DNA from: Epiperipatus broadwayi
Taxonomy: Eukaryota; Animalia; Onychophora
DNA: 64,000 nucleotides
Direction: 5' to 3'
NCBI GenBank assembly: GCA_028023455.1
Contig: JAQFVV010000003.1
Coordinates: 1,116,001 to 1,180,000 of the forward strand
Position numbers and translations under genes: made by a program. Of this stretch, positions 24,400 through 36,200 are shown piece by piece. Every line of letters begins with the position of its first letter. The first letter of the stretch is position 1. The notes below the pieces were generated by a model. It had not been told where the DNA came from, made no database searches, and saw only the letters and a list, made by a program, of their open reading frames with translations.

Positions 24400-27300
24400 T
24401 GAAACAGATATTACTGTCCTTCTATCTGTTTCACCTTTATGTCTCCATAGACACATCTATGCCGGTTTTAAACACTCTTTAGTACACGTGTATATGTATC
24501 CACTCAGTGTTATATGCCTTTACACAGCTGTATATATATATGTTTACACAGTTGTATATATCCACACAGCGATATATTCATTTATACAGTTATATATGTG
24601 GTCACAGTTTTATATGCATTCAAACAATTATATGTTTATTGTCACACATACAAGCACCTGTAAATGATAATGATATTAAATTTTGTATAGATATATTGCA
24701 GCATTTATATAAATAATATATTGTATAAGGGTTATTTTGTTTAGAAAATGTGGCTAAATATTCTTTAACAAGTTTGGTTTAAGTAAATTATAAATCACAT
24801 GCGAAATTCACAGATTGGTAATAAGATTTTTATTTAGAATAATTCGCAGGTGGGATCAGATAGTCCCTAGGTTATTGACATTGTTTTAGAGCTCATTCAT
24901 TACGATTGTAATGAATTTCTTTTCCCAGATCAAACCAGTAAAAAGTTGGCAACAAGATAAAAAAAAGAGAGATTAGAATCAAAAAAGACAGATTGCTGTA
25001 AAACTTAGAAATTTGAATTGTGCTTTAAAATAGATAGTCACTGGCTTTTGATCTAGGGAATATAGATATCGCAGATTTTTATTTAGAATAATTTGCAGGT
25101 GGGATCAGATAGTCCCTAGGTTATTGACATTGTTCTAGAGCTCATTCATTACGATTGTAATGAATTTCTTTTCCCAGATCAAACCAGTAAAAGTTTGGGC
25201 AACAAGATAAAAAAAAGATAAGAATCAAAAGAGACCTAAGGCTAAAACTTAGAAGTCTGAATTGTGTTTTTAAAATAGATGGTCGCTGGCTTTTGATCTA
25301 GGGAATATAAATATTGCAGATTTTTTTTGGAATGGACTCTCTTTAGCTTTTTTTTTTTTCTGAAAATTGTTGTGGAGACCAGAATCCAAAAATGATCGAG
25401 TAAAATAATATATTTACTGGCTCTGAAGCCAGATGACTACTCTCAATTCCTCTAAACATTCCTTTGAATAGACTTTCCAGCAACCTGCATGGAGAATATG
25501 AAGAAATTTAACCTATCTGAAAGGCCACTGAAGATTATGACGCTGTCAGACGCCCTATTCCAACCACTATCATTGATATACGCTTCAAGTCCACTCAAGG
25601 AGGCAGAGAGAGATGGTAATCATTTTTAAAAAGAAGCTGCGGTATGAACTTTAATCTATAAATTCTTAAAACACTTTAAAAAGAACGTTCTATCTAAATT
25701 ATAAAAACTCTTTCAATTTTCCCTCTTATAAAACGAAACTATCAGTCTGTGTAACTTTATCTATAATGTAAAAGAAAAAAAGCTCACTTACTTTAATTTT
25801 ATAAACTGCTGAAATCTTTTATGAATTAAAAGATTTCATATTTTTTTTTATACTCATTAAATGTCCGAAATTTATTCTCTTCAATTCTTACAAGCTAACG
25901 GTCTTGCCTAATTTCAGTAATTTTAATATTTTGTTTAAATGCATTTTGTTATGTTTGATATGTGATAATATGCTCAGATTTCGAAACAATGAAACCAAGT
26001 AAGTAATTTATAAAGGAGATAATTGTAATCTTCACTTAGACATTTTAAAAGCCTTGTTTATTTTATTAAATCATTGTTTCGAAATTATAATATTGGTAAT
26101 AAACGAATGCGCTAACCACTCGTTGTTATCATAGTTATATATATATTGTAAAATCGTATTTTTTTAAGATTTGCTTAACCGATCTTATATTATAACCTTT
26201 GATATTTATTAGTTGGAAGGGGATATATATATTGTTTAGAGATGATAAAGTATATTTGCTAATGTTTGTATTAAGTCCCATCGAATATACTTTCCCTCCT
26301 TAATTAAGAATATTTATATGCAGATTCAGGATCTTAACTAGATTATTTTTATGTAGTTTAAGCCCATTTTATTAGCATACTTATAATGCTAATTTTAAGA
26401 ACTGTTTTGAATTAGCTTGACAGATAAAAGCTATCTGTTTTAGGCGCAATTAATTATATGCATACTTATTGCTTTTTATATATATATTGCGTGCATTGCG
26501 GGTGTGTTTTTTATATAGTACACTTATATGTGTTACGTTTTGCTGCCTCTGACAAGGGTTCACGGTAACAAACCGCCCCTTTATTTAGTTCGGGTTATGG
26601 CTATCTTCATTAGAACTGGGGGCGTGAGGACCCAGATTTTTCCATAAAGCCAATCCGACTTCCTGAACTTTATGTTCATATATCAATAGCAGCAAACCGT
26701 CGGTCTCAGAGTAAACCGAGCATTTGATGCTGAAACTCTTGAAGAATCACACACTCGCACTGCAAGTTTATTTCTTTAATATTTTAATATAGCGCCATAG
26801 CGCATATATGTGGACCTAATGGTAACCAGTTCTTTTTCCCATATTAATTAATCATTCAGCTTTAGACTGGAGTTTGAATCTGGTTATCAGTTTGAATCTG
26901 CATGATTCTGAGTTTATTTAGTTGCTCAGTTAATTAGTATATATAACAGTCTTTAAAACTGGCTGTACTCATCATCATCTCTACTAAAGTATCAACTTCT
27001 AACTTAAGCAAGTCCAGTTCATAAAAATGAGCATATTAAATAATTAGGCATGACCTCTATAACTCACACACACATGTATTGTAATATGTTTAAAAGGGAA
27101 CAGATGTACTTGATAACAGTCCCAACTATTGTAACATGCTTGCCTGTATTGAATACCTTGTGAAGATTATACAATCCCTGCCATTATGATATTTTGTGTT
27201 AGATCATTTGTTATTGTTTTAATAAATCTTTTTTAAATATAAACTGTTGTATATCTTTCTTGCTCAGACTCTAGATCAAACCAAACCACAGTATCTTATC

Positions 27301-27687
27301 CAATCCATAGTATTTTATCCAATCCACAGTATATTATTAAATGTCACAGTTCATTACTCCAATTTCTTAATGAGTTTATATGCTATATGTGTATGTCTAG
27401 TATTTAAGATTAATAGAGTGTCAAGTGTTATATATATCACTTATTTAGTTAGGTTAGTAATGACCTTAAGTCTCGTGTTTCTCCCTGTTCTATGTCGGCT
27501 CGCGGTTAAATGAGAACTGAGTGTAGCCCCAGGAATGTCACTCATAAGGTGTTAAATTTGGAGTACTGGCAGATGAGTTGGAGTTTGGTCGGATTAGAGG
27601 TCTCAACCACCTCACTACGGTCAGCTTTGGTATATTTTGCTTGGGCTCTGAATTTTGTTGCATGAGTGTACAAATCTGACTGTTACA
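24400..27687 (+). repeat. 3' LTR (3288 bp)
   Basis: Direct repeat of 14092-17377, followed by ATAT. Confidence 0.97.
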
Positions 27688-27691
27688 ATAT

Positions 27692-28072
27692 GTATCATGT
27701 TAGTACATGATTTACAAATTTATACATTCAATTTTAAATTTAGTACATGATTTACAAATTTATACATTCAATTTTAAATATAAAAATAACAAATTGATTT
27801 TTTTAAATGAAAACTAATATATAATTTAAAAGGTTTCATTTTTAAAATAAAATATATCTTCTGTAATATAAATAAATCTAAGGTAGTATAGCTGTTTATT
27901 TGCATATATATATATATGCAGAGATACTTAGCTGTTTATTTGCATATATATATATATGCAGAGATACTTAACATTCTTATATATCTACTCAGAAATGGTT
28001 TAAATCTGGCACAGATAGAGCTATGGTGAAAAAAAGGTGAAACAGATATCACAGCAGGAATATATTGTTTCA
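27692..28072 (-). mobile_element. Old solo LTR, right part (its 5' portion)
   Basis: Reverse complement begins TGAAACAATATATTCCTGCTGTGATATCTGTTTCACC, homologous to the young LTR start. Flanked by ATAT (28073-28076), matching 12010-12013. Contains 39-40-bp tandem duplications at ~27701-27780 and ~27889-27970. Confidence 0.9.
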
Positions 28073-28139
28073 ATATCATATCACCTCATTGTTTTAACAG
28101 CTTGTGTAGATATAGCAAGTGGTGATCATGTGACATTTA

Positions 28140-29735
28140 ATGGCCTTTTTTTTAGTAATCATTCCCCCTTTTCTTTTTTTTTTTGCAGAAATAACTTTTT
28201 TTCCAATATCAAGATGCTGTTCTACACTTCTGTGACTTTTTTATTCTCTTCATATATTATCTTGAGTCAATAGAAAATTTACTGGCCAATAGTTTTTTTT
28301 TGTAACAGCTATATTTCTGGAAATTCTTAATAGTGTTTAATTATGTTCATATTGATTTCATTCACCAATATTTGAAATCTATTAATGTTTTAAACAATTT
28401 GCAGTTTCTAATTTGAATTCAGCAGTTTCTAATTTGAATTCATTGGAATAATGTTTCTTAAGATTAAGAAGATTAATTATTAATACTGATTTTCTTAATA
28501 GTTTTCATCTCCCTAGTTTTGTATTATTAGCTTGATCTAAAGCATTTTGTATATCCATATAAAGATTCTGTACTTTTTCATCACAATTAAAACCTAAAGT
28601 GGCATAAACTTGAATTATCTGCATTTGTTATCTCCCATTAGTTTGAATAATTAATCTTGCCACTCTATTTGATATACTATCAACATTCATAATTTTGTTT
28701 TTCCATTTTTTATTTATAATGAATATTACTTGCCTTTTTCTTCAATATTTGTGCCTTTGTAATAAAGTATATTTTCATGTTTTTAAGTCAATCATCAGTT
28801 CATCTTTTCTTCTAATTTCACAAAACTCAACAACATCTGACTTATTATTAGACATATTTTCTTACAATTCGTGATATTTCCTTTTATGTAAAAGTGATTG
28901 AAAATTAAACTGAGAGAGTGCAAATTTCTCAAGCGCTTGTGACTATTAGTAACCAATCAGATCTTAAGCACTGGGACAGGGAATTTAATAAGAAAAGTGT
29001 GGATTCCACTCTCTTCTTTACTTGTCTTTCTATATATCCAAGCCAGTCCAAAGTACCTATATCTGAAAGCGTGAATCAGATCTGATTGGTTACTAATAGT
29101 CACAAGCGCTTGAGAAATTTGCACTCTCTCAGTTTAATTTTCATCACCGTCTGCGCTTTATAAAATATTATTTACATATATTGCTGCAAAGTTATAACAT
29201 CGAAAAACTACTGCATAGTAAATCGAAAGATTTCAAGCTGTATGTTTATAATTTGATCTCAGTCAATTAAGTGTGATGATATTTAAGATTCACGCTCTCA
29301 GATATAGGTACTTTGGACTGGCTTGGATATATAGAAAGACAAGTAAAGAAGAGAGTGGAATCCACTCTTTTCTTATTAAATTCCCTGTCCCAGTGCTTAA
29401 GATCTGATTGGTTACTAATAGTCACAAGCGCTTGAGAAATTTGCACTCTCTCAGTTTAATTTTCAATACCGTCTGCACTTTATAAAATATTATTTACATA
29501 TATTGCTGTAAAAGTGATGTGCATTTGTAAGTACTAAATAGAAAGTCATCAAATAGAAGCATGGATCCAAAATCAAGGAATTTATGGCACCTTCTGCCTT
29601 TGGCCACTGACCATTGCCTTATCTGATGATTTTAAACCTCATTAGAATAAGGACAATAATTTGGGCATCTCTGTCATGATTGTAAATATATTTAAAGAAA
29701 GTTCATACTTTCATCCTGCCTTCAAGAAAACTCAC
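28140..29735 (-). mobile_element. Degraded RTE LINE, 5' portion (endonuclease region and 5' UTR)
   Basis: Colinear with 59150-60566 apart from deletions; interrupted at 28899-29506. Confidence 0.8.
28899..29506. mobile_element. 608-bp inverted-duplication insertion with 12-bp TSD
   Basis: TGTAAAAGTGAT at 28887-28898 and 29507-29518. 28899-29076 is the near-perfect reverse complement of 29288-29465. There is a 322-bp direct periodicity (AGATCTGATTGG at 29078 and 29400). Confidence 0.9.
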
Positions 29736-29952
29736 CTGATGTTTTTAGTTAAGAACTATCAATCAACAGAGGAAAAATCAATAATGATTCTTGATCTTAA
29801 AATCAGATATAAAAAAACCTATAAATTCACCACATTGGGTGATGCAATGACAAGAACATCTGCAATGGATATTACAAATATGACTTGTTTGTTTCATTTA
29901 AGACCTCAAAGAGGACTCTTTTCAAATAACAAAAAACTATTTTATGCAGTCA

Positions 29953-29955
<3 letters not shown>

Positions 29956-30020
<65 letters not shown>
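29956..30020. repeat. (TA)n microsatellite
   Basis: About 32 perfect TA units. Confidence 0.98.
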
Positions 30021-30026
<6 letters not shown>

Positions 30027-30381
30027 GCTTTCTCTAAGGAATAATTTGAATTGAGAATTTAAGTCTGCATAATAGCAAATGTCTGAAATTTAACTATTAT
30101 CAATGTAATATTCCACAGTATTTCAATATTACTGAAGCATGTTATGTATATATATGAAAATAATCCTAGTGCATAATGCTAACTGAAATTGAATATCAAA
30201 TATCCAAACTTTAAGGAATATCAGTTACACTCTCTGTGAATAAAAATATAATAATGTTGCGTGAAGTTATAATAAATTGCAAACAGTGCTCTATTTTTGT
30301 CAAAGTATACATATGTAATTTCTGGATCAGATATAATCTAAATGTAAAGGAGTTTGTAGTGTGAAATATTATAATATGCAC

Positions 30382-30620
30382 ATGGTGTAGAAGTAGGGTA
30401 TCTTTCTTCTATATCTACCACTTGGGGTTTGATTCTGGTTTAAATGAAATTCTTTTCAAGTGGTTTATGATTTTTCTCCCAGGTAGCTGGTCATAGTCAT
30501 TCTGATTAACCCTTTAATATTGGTTGTTAAATGAGTATCTAGCTATTTCTAGCTGACAAAAAGAATGAAAAATTACTCAAACCCTTACCACTACACTATT
30601 TTATTTTTTTAGTGCTTCTT
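30382..30620 (+). mobile_element. Possible degenerate tRNA-derived SINE
   Basis: A-box-like TGGTGTAGAAGTAGG and B-box-like GGTTTGATTCT at tRNA-like spacing; heavily decayed. Confidence 0.3.
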
Positions 30621-30815
30621 TCTGAGGGGATGTTGGGAAGGCTTGTGCTCTGCAGTAATCTATTTATTAACAAAACTATTTTTCATTTCACCTTCATGGT
30701 ATTTACAAAAATGTAGCAAATAGAAATTAAATCCTTAGAATAAATAATTGCTTTATTTTACATAGTACTGTTCAAAATGTATTGGTTGCACATGTTGCAC
30801 ACCCACACACACACA

Positions 30816-30850
<35 letters not shown>

Positions 30851-32717
30851 CACACCATACTTTTCCATTACACATAACTCAGGCCAACACTTTACTGCTC
30901 ATTAAATATACTGTATATCATGTTGCCATGTCATAAATATATCAGCTACATGTATAACACACCTTAATTGATTGTATTTTATTATATAAACCTAGATGAT
31001 GAGGATCAAACCAATGTTTGGTTGTATTTCCTACCATATTATATCACAATGATACTCAGAGAGCAAAGGATCAGTTCAACTCTCGGTGTTTGAAATAATT
31101 TTTGTAAAATAGTTAATCCTAAACACCATTTGCCTTGCTGAAAGAATACCTTTAGTATATTCCTCTGGCAACATTATCATGAGAACAGTATAATATTTTC
31201 AACTGCTCATCTAAACCTGTATTTTACTCAGGGCATGTGACAAAGTATTTCTAATTAAGTTTGGAATGAGAGAGAATGAGACTAAAATAATATGAATAAA
31301 AAAAACAATAATATTTATTTACAATTATAGCATTTACAATCATTATAATCTATTTCTACATAAATCAAACATATCACATATTTAGGGAGGGTTGTATTTA
31401 TATTGGTGAGGGGTAATTTAACATGACAGAATTTCACCTCCGAGGTCTGAAATGCTTACACGTACTACTAATCCTACCTTCACATTGTGGTGTATTCCCC
31501 CCAACCACTCGACTGAGAAACACTCTCAAATAATATAATAACAAGAATATCTTAGTCAAACTATTTGTTACATGTTTCAAATATAGCAAAATTTGATTAC
31601 ATACATGTACACTTAATATATATATACATGTATCTTATATATATATAAATAAATAAATAGACTCAGTTTCTAAACACATTTACAACATTCTTAAACATAC
31701 TGCCTGAAACTTACAGTTTTTCTTATGCATTTATCTTTTAACAACTCAGTTAAGTATGTTACAAGTTCTCCAATATTAAACCCTGGTAGCCCTTTAGGCT
31801 TACATAACAAAAAATAAGATCAGGACAGTCTGTTTAAAAACTAGTCAGATTTCTGTACCATCAGATCCAAGTTTCTGGGTTTACTCTTGCACTGGAACAC
31901 AATGATTTGATGCAGATAATACTAGTTTCTAGACCACACAAATTTTACAAGTGAAGAAAAAAAGCACTTCGCTGTTGAAATACAGAGTTTATATACTCCA
32001 CAGTTTTTTTACTTATCTGATTTTTCTCATTACTTAAATTTCTTTGTCAAGAATTTAATTAATGCCACTTTCTTGATCTTCTATTTTAAGTTGTTTAATA
32101 ATTTCTCTAATCAGTTCTCAAACGTGCTCTTCAATAATTTTTAATCAGTTTGTAAAGAAAATTTCTCATTATGCAACTATTCTACTTTTTTAATGTTTAC
32201 ATGATCTCTGGCGACCAAATTCCTAAGTACTTCTCTTTCTGTTTTATATAATTTATATATTTAGTCTTTTCTTTATCGTTTTGTTAATTATACTTCTGCA
32301 GTATTCTTGTCAATATTTAAAATTAAATATTTATTCAGTGTATAAATATTATACTTTCTCCCTTTAATCCAGAAGTTACTGTTGTTCCTTCTACACATAA
32401 TCATTCCATCTTTACTGTTTCTGTTTAGTGGGTGCACATCTGGGTGATTTTTTTTTTTCAGGTTTCATTCAAATTTTTTCTGAAAATTTCTCACTTTTTT
32501 CCTCAGTTAACTGGTTTTTCTTTATATTTTTTCTGTGTTGCTTCCTTCATCTCTCTGTGTGTCCCCTATTCCTGCATCTGTAATATTTCCAACTCCAATT
32601 CCCTGGCTCTCTTTATCTCAAATAATTAACATGACATCTATACTGTAAACTTGCGTTTCTCAACCTTTTTGCAGCACGACCCAATAGACTTTCATTGAAA
32701 TAGTTCTGTGACCCAAA

Positions 32718-33295
32718 ACGTGTGTGATCAGGTGGGTCAGCAATATGAGATGGCACTGAGAGTGGTGGGTCGTGTGAAAGTCTGAGTTCAAACCCTGCAT
32801 ATATTACATATATAAATGCAGGTTTAAGCCTGTACAATGTATTAACTTATATAAATAGTGTGTAAAAGGTCTGCCCATCCCTTGCATATGTATGTATAAA
32901 TGGATTATTCTCCTGTACATGAGGGGTCAGAATGACTTATATGTCAACATGGGTAGGATAACAACCTTGGCACTAACAAGGGCTTTGATCGTTCCATCAT
33001 CAGATTTTCAATGAAATGGAAGGCTTTAAAGAGTTGTGAGTTGGAATAGTTTGAAGTCTGTCCATTAAAGTATATAGATTGGCTATCTTAATATAAAGCT
33101 GAATACTGATTATATATGTGTGTGAGGATAGTAATCTAGATCAACTGATGATTGCTGGTTTAGCATGAAATACATATATTGGTGATTATTTATCTTTTCA
33201 ACATGTGTGTGATCAGATGGGTCAGCAATATGAGATGGCACTGTGAGTGGTGGGTCGCGTGAAAGTCTGAGTTCGAACCCCGCATATATTACATA
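32718..33295 (+). mobile_element. Family B hammerhead-bearing repeat, ~1.2 monomers, inside the MITE
   Basis: 485-bp period (GTCAGCAATATGAGATGGCAC at 32736 and 33221). Hammerhead motif at 33140-33183. Confidence 0.88.
33140..33183 (+). ncRNA. Type I hammerhead ribozyme motif (family B), mismatch at base of helix II
   Basis: ATCAA CTGATGA TTGCT-GGTTT-AGCAT GAAA TACATAT A TTGGT; predicted cleavage after 33178. Confidence 0.75.
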
Positions 33296-36200
33296 AATTA
33301 TAATATAAAAAAGAGATATTACATCAGCAAAGTACTGTATATATGTATATATTCAATTTGTAATATTTACAATGAACAAATAATTTATAAGTTAAAATGT
33401 TGAGTTAAAGTTAAACTACATATTTTTAATTTAAAAGCTTAACACATTTTATTAATTACCAAAAAAAAGTGGTTTTCTTTTCAAATAAGGTTTTATTTAT
33501 ATACAAAATATAAGGAAAAATTAATTTCTTACCACTGGTTTTGGCGGCATTAATTTTAGTTGCATTTTTTTGAACAATTACATTTTGAAAATAATTGCGA
33601 AATTTAACATTATGATTATTTAAGTTCAAATTTACAATTGAATTTGAGAAAACTACACAAAGCATAGGTAGTATTACTTTTTTTTTTTTTTTATTAATAC
33701 TAATATTTTTTTTTTTTTTATTAATACTAATATTTTCTTAAAATGTTAAAAGATTTTTGCTATCAGATATTTATGTTTTTATTTATTGGTGCATATTCAT
33801 GACCCATTAAAAATTTAATGTGACCAATATTGGGTCATGACCCAAAGGTTGAGAAACGCTGCTGTAAACCATTTAGTCCACTAACCACATATATTTTATT
33901 TGATATTATTTTGTCTATTATTCCACATCTATTTTTTTTTTGTATTATATCTCTTACCCATACAGGCTCACTAATTCTAAACGATTTACATGACTTCATA
34001 TTTGGAACACTAATTTATACATTGGAATGCAAAACTGCCAATTTAATCCTAAGTTTATGCACATTAACTCTGCCTGTGATTTTCCAGTCATTATAGATGG
34101 CATTGAATGTTGGTATAGCATAAATGTTTGTAATGTACTTAATTTAAAGTTCTACATGTCATTTTTGTTAAACTTCACTTAATTTGCTATATCACATTCT
34201 CTGCTAATCTATTTGACTGTGGGTGTTATGGTAGTGTGCCCACATGATGTATTCCATAGGTACTAAAAACTGGTATAATTTCTCTACAGTAAAACCTGCT
34301 CTGTTATCAGATACTATCACTTTCAGAAACCTATGTATCAAGCAAACCACCTTCAAACACTTAACTGTTTCCTGGGCACTAGTATTTTTCAGTATGTGGC
34401 ACACAATTTATCTTTAAAAAAAGAGTCCATTATTATCAATAAAAAATTTTTATTAACCAATCTAGCATGATTAATATGTACCCTCCCCCATTCTTTTGTT
34501 ACTTTAGCCAAAATGCAAAACATTTTCATGCCAATGCATTTTCTGATTGACATGCAGAGCAATATTTAAAGTAGTTTTTTATATCTGAATTAATTTGTGG
34601 CACAAGAAATAGCTACATGTCAAAGCTTTTACATTCACTATGCCCAGATGCCCTTTGTCTAAAAGTTTTAAAACTTTATTCCTCCTTGTAGGTGGTATAA
34701 GAAGTCTATCCCCCACTACTATGCACCCTCTACAGGCAAATAACTCCCATATAACTAGGTCTTTAGGTCAGCCCTTCTTAATCCAGTTAATCAGAACATT
34801 GTATATTTTTCTTTCCTAGTTCACTTTTGGACTATTTTACTATTTAGCACTTGTGAGTTCATGCTGTAATATAATTAACTTCAACTTACCTACTGACTGG
34901 CTCTTTATTATCTGGAAATCTTGACAATGCGTTTGCATGCAAGATGCCTTTACCCTATTTATATTTTAATGTATAATCATATGCAGCTAACACATTCTGC
35001 CTTCATAACATTCACACACTTGAGTGCTCAGCACTGCACAGTCATTTTCTAAAATCCCCAATAAAATCTTATGATCTGTAATAATTTCAAAACTACACCA
35101 CTCAAAAACAATCTGATGATTTTTCTTAACTGCAAAATAATCACCAATGTTAACTTGTAAATTTGACTGTAGTTCCACTCTGCTTTTGACAATGTTCTAG
35201 ATGCCACTGGATGCTCACCACTATCTATAGGGTGAAATAACACCACTCATCCTCCAATCTCATGCATCTAAAGTGATCCTAACTTTATGCTCACTGCAGA
35301 AATGCAGCAATAGCATATCTGATAGAAAAGTTTTTTATTTTTTTCAAGCACCCTGTCTTGAGTTTCTGTCCATACCCATCTTTGCCCTTTGTGCAACAAT
35401 TCATATAATGGTTTTGCATTCATAGCTTTATTTTTTAAGAACCAGCTCAAAAATTTTAGTCCTAAAATTGCCTGAAACTGTTTTACGTTCTTTGGCTTTT
35501 GAGCATTTCTAACAGCCCCAACTTTGTCACTTAAAGGATGTTTTCCTTTATATGAAATGCTGTGCCTCAGAAATTTAAACTCTTGGGTCTTTCATACACA
35601 TTTTTGATAGTCTAGCTTAACTCCCACCTTATTTAATTTCTTGCAAACTTTCAAAATTCTTGATCTTAACAATTCATTAGATGTCACTGTTATCAAAATA
35701 TCATTGTAGTTTGGTGTTACACTTTTAAACCCTTGTAACAGTAAGTTTAATTTTGCCTGAAAAATGTTCATGCTATAGCAATTCTGAATGGTAAACAGTT
35801 ATATTTGAACAGACCAAGCGGTGTGGTTAACATCAAGAGTCTTGCTGATTTCTTTGTTACTTTAATTTGATAATAGGCAGAGTTAAGGTCAAGTTTGGCA
35901 AAAAACTTTGCTTTAGACAAACTCGCTAAAACCTATCTAATATTAAGTATCAGATAAGCACCTTTATTAAGATATTTATTCACTAATTCCCACACATTCG
36001 GATTTCACCTTTAGCTATATTTATCACCTCTATGGGTGTGCCCCACTCTACATCTTCTACTGGAGTGAACACAGTTCTAGCCACCAATGTTTTTAACTTT
36101 TCCTCCACCTTATCCGTCTGTGCAAATGGAATCTTGTGTGGCTTCAAACCACTGGCCATGTGTTTTCATTCAATTCTACTTCTACCAGATTTGCCTTTAT

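Larger units (their letters stand above)
14092..27687 (+). mobile_element. Full-length Ty3/Gypsy LTR retrotransposon, 13,596 bp, no env
   Basis: Two ~99% identical LTRs with TGAAAC...GTTACA termini. gag and pol in PR-RT-RH-IN order. Purine tract before the 3' LTR and ATAT at the right junction. Confidence 0.98.
32651..33861. mobile_element. hAT (Charlie/Buster-type) MITE
   Basis: TIRs (TT)GCGTTTCTCAACCTTT / AAAGGTTGAGAAACGCTG, perfect 8-bp TSD CTGTAAAC (32643-32650, 33862-33869) and subterminal GACCCA motifs. Confidence 0.9.

Noticed and set aside
32990-33010. CUGAUGA on the antisense strand of family B (also 2624, ~62130, ~62665), suggesting hammerheads in both polarities
   Set aside because: No helix II closed by GAAA and no helix I or III could be built.
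33241-33272. Second hammerhead-like string CTGTGA-GTGG-TGGG-TCGC-GT-GAAA-GTC in family B
   Set aside because: Core incomplete, no helix III, and it overlaps the B-box-like motif.
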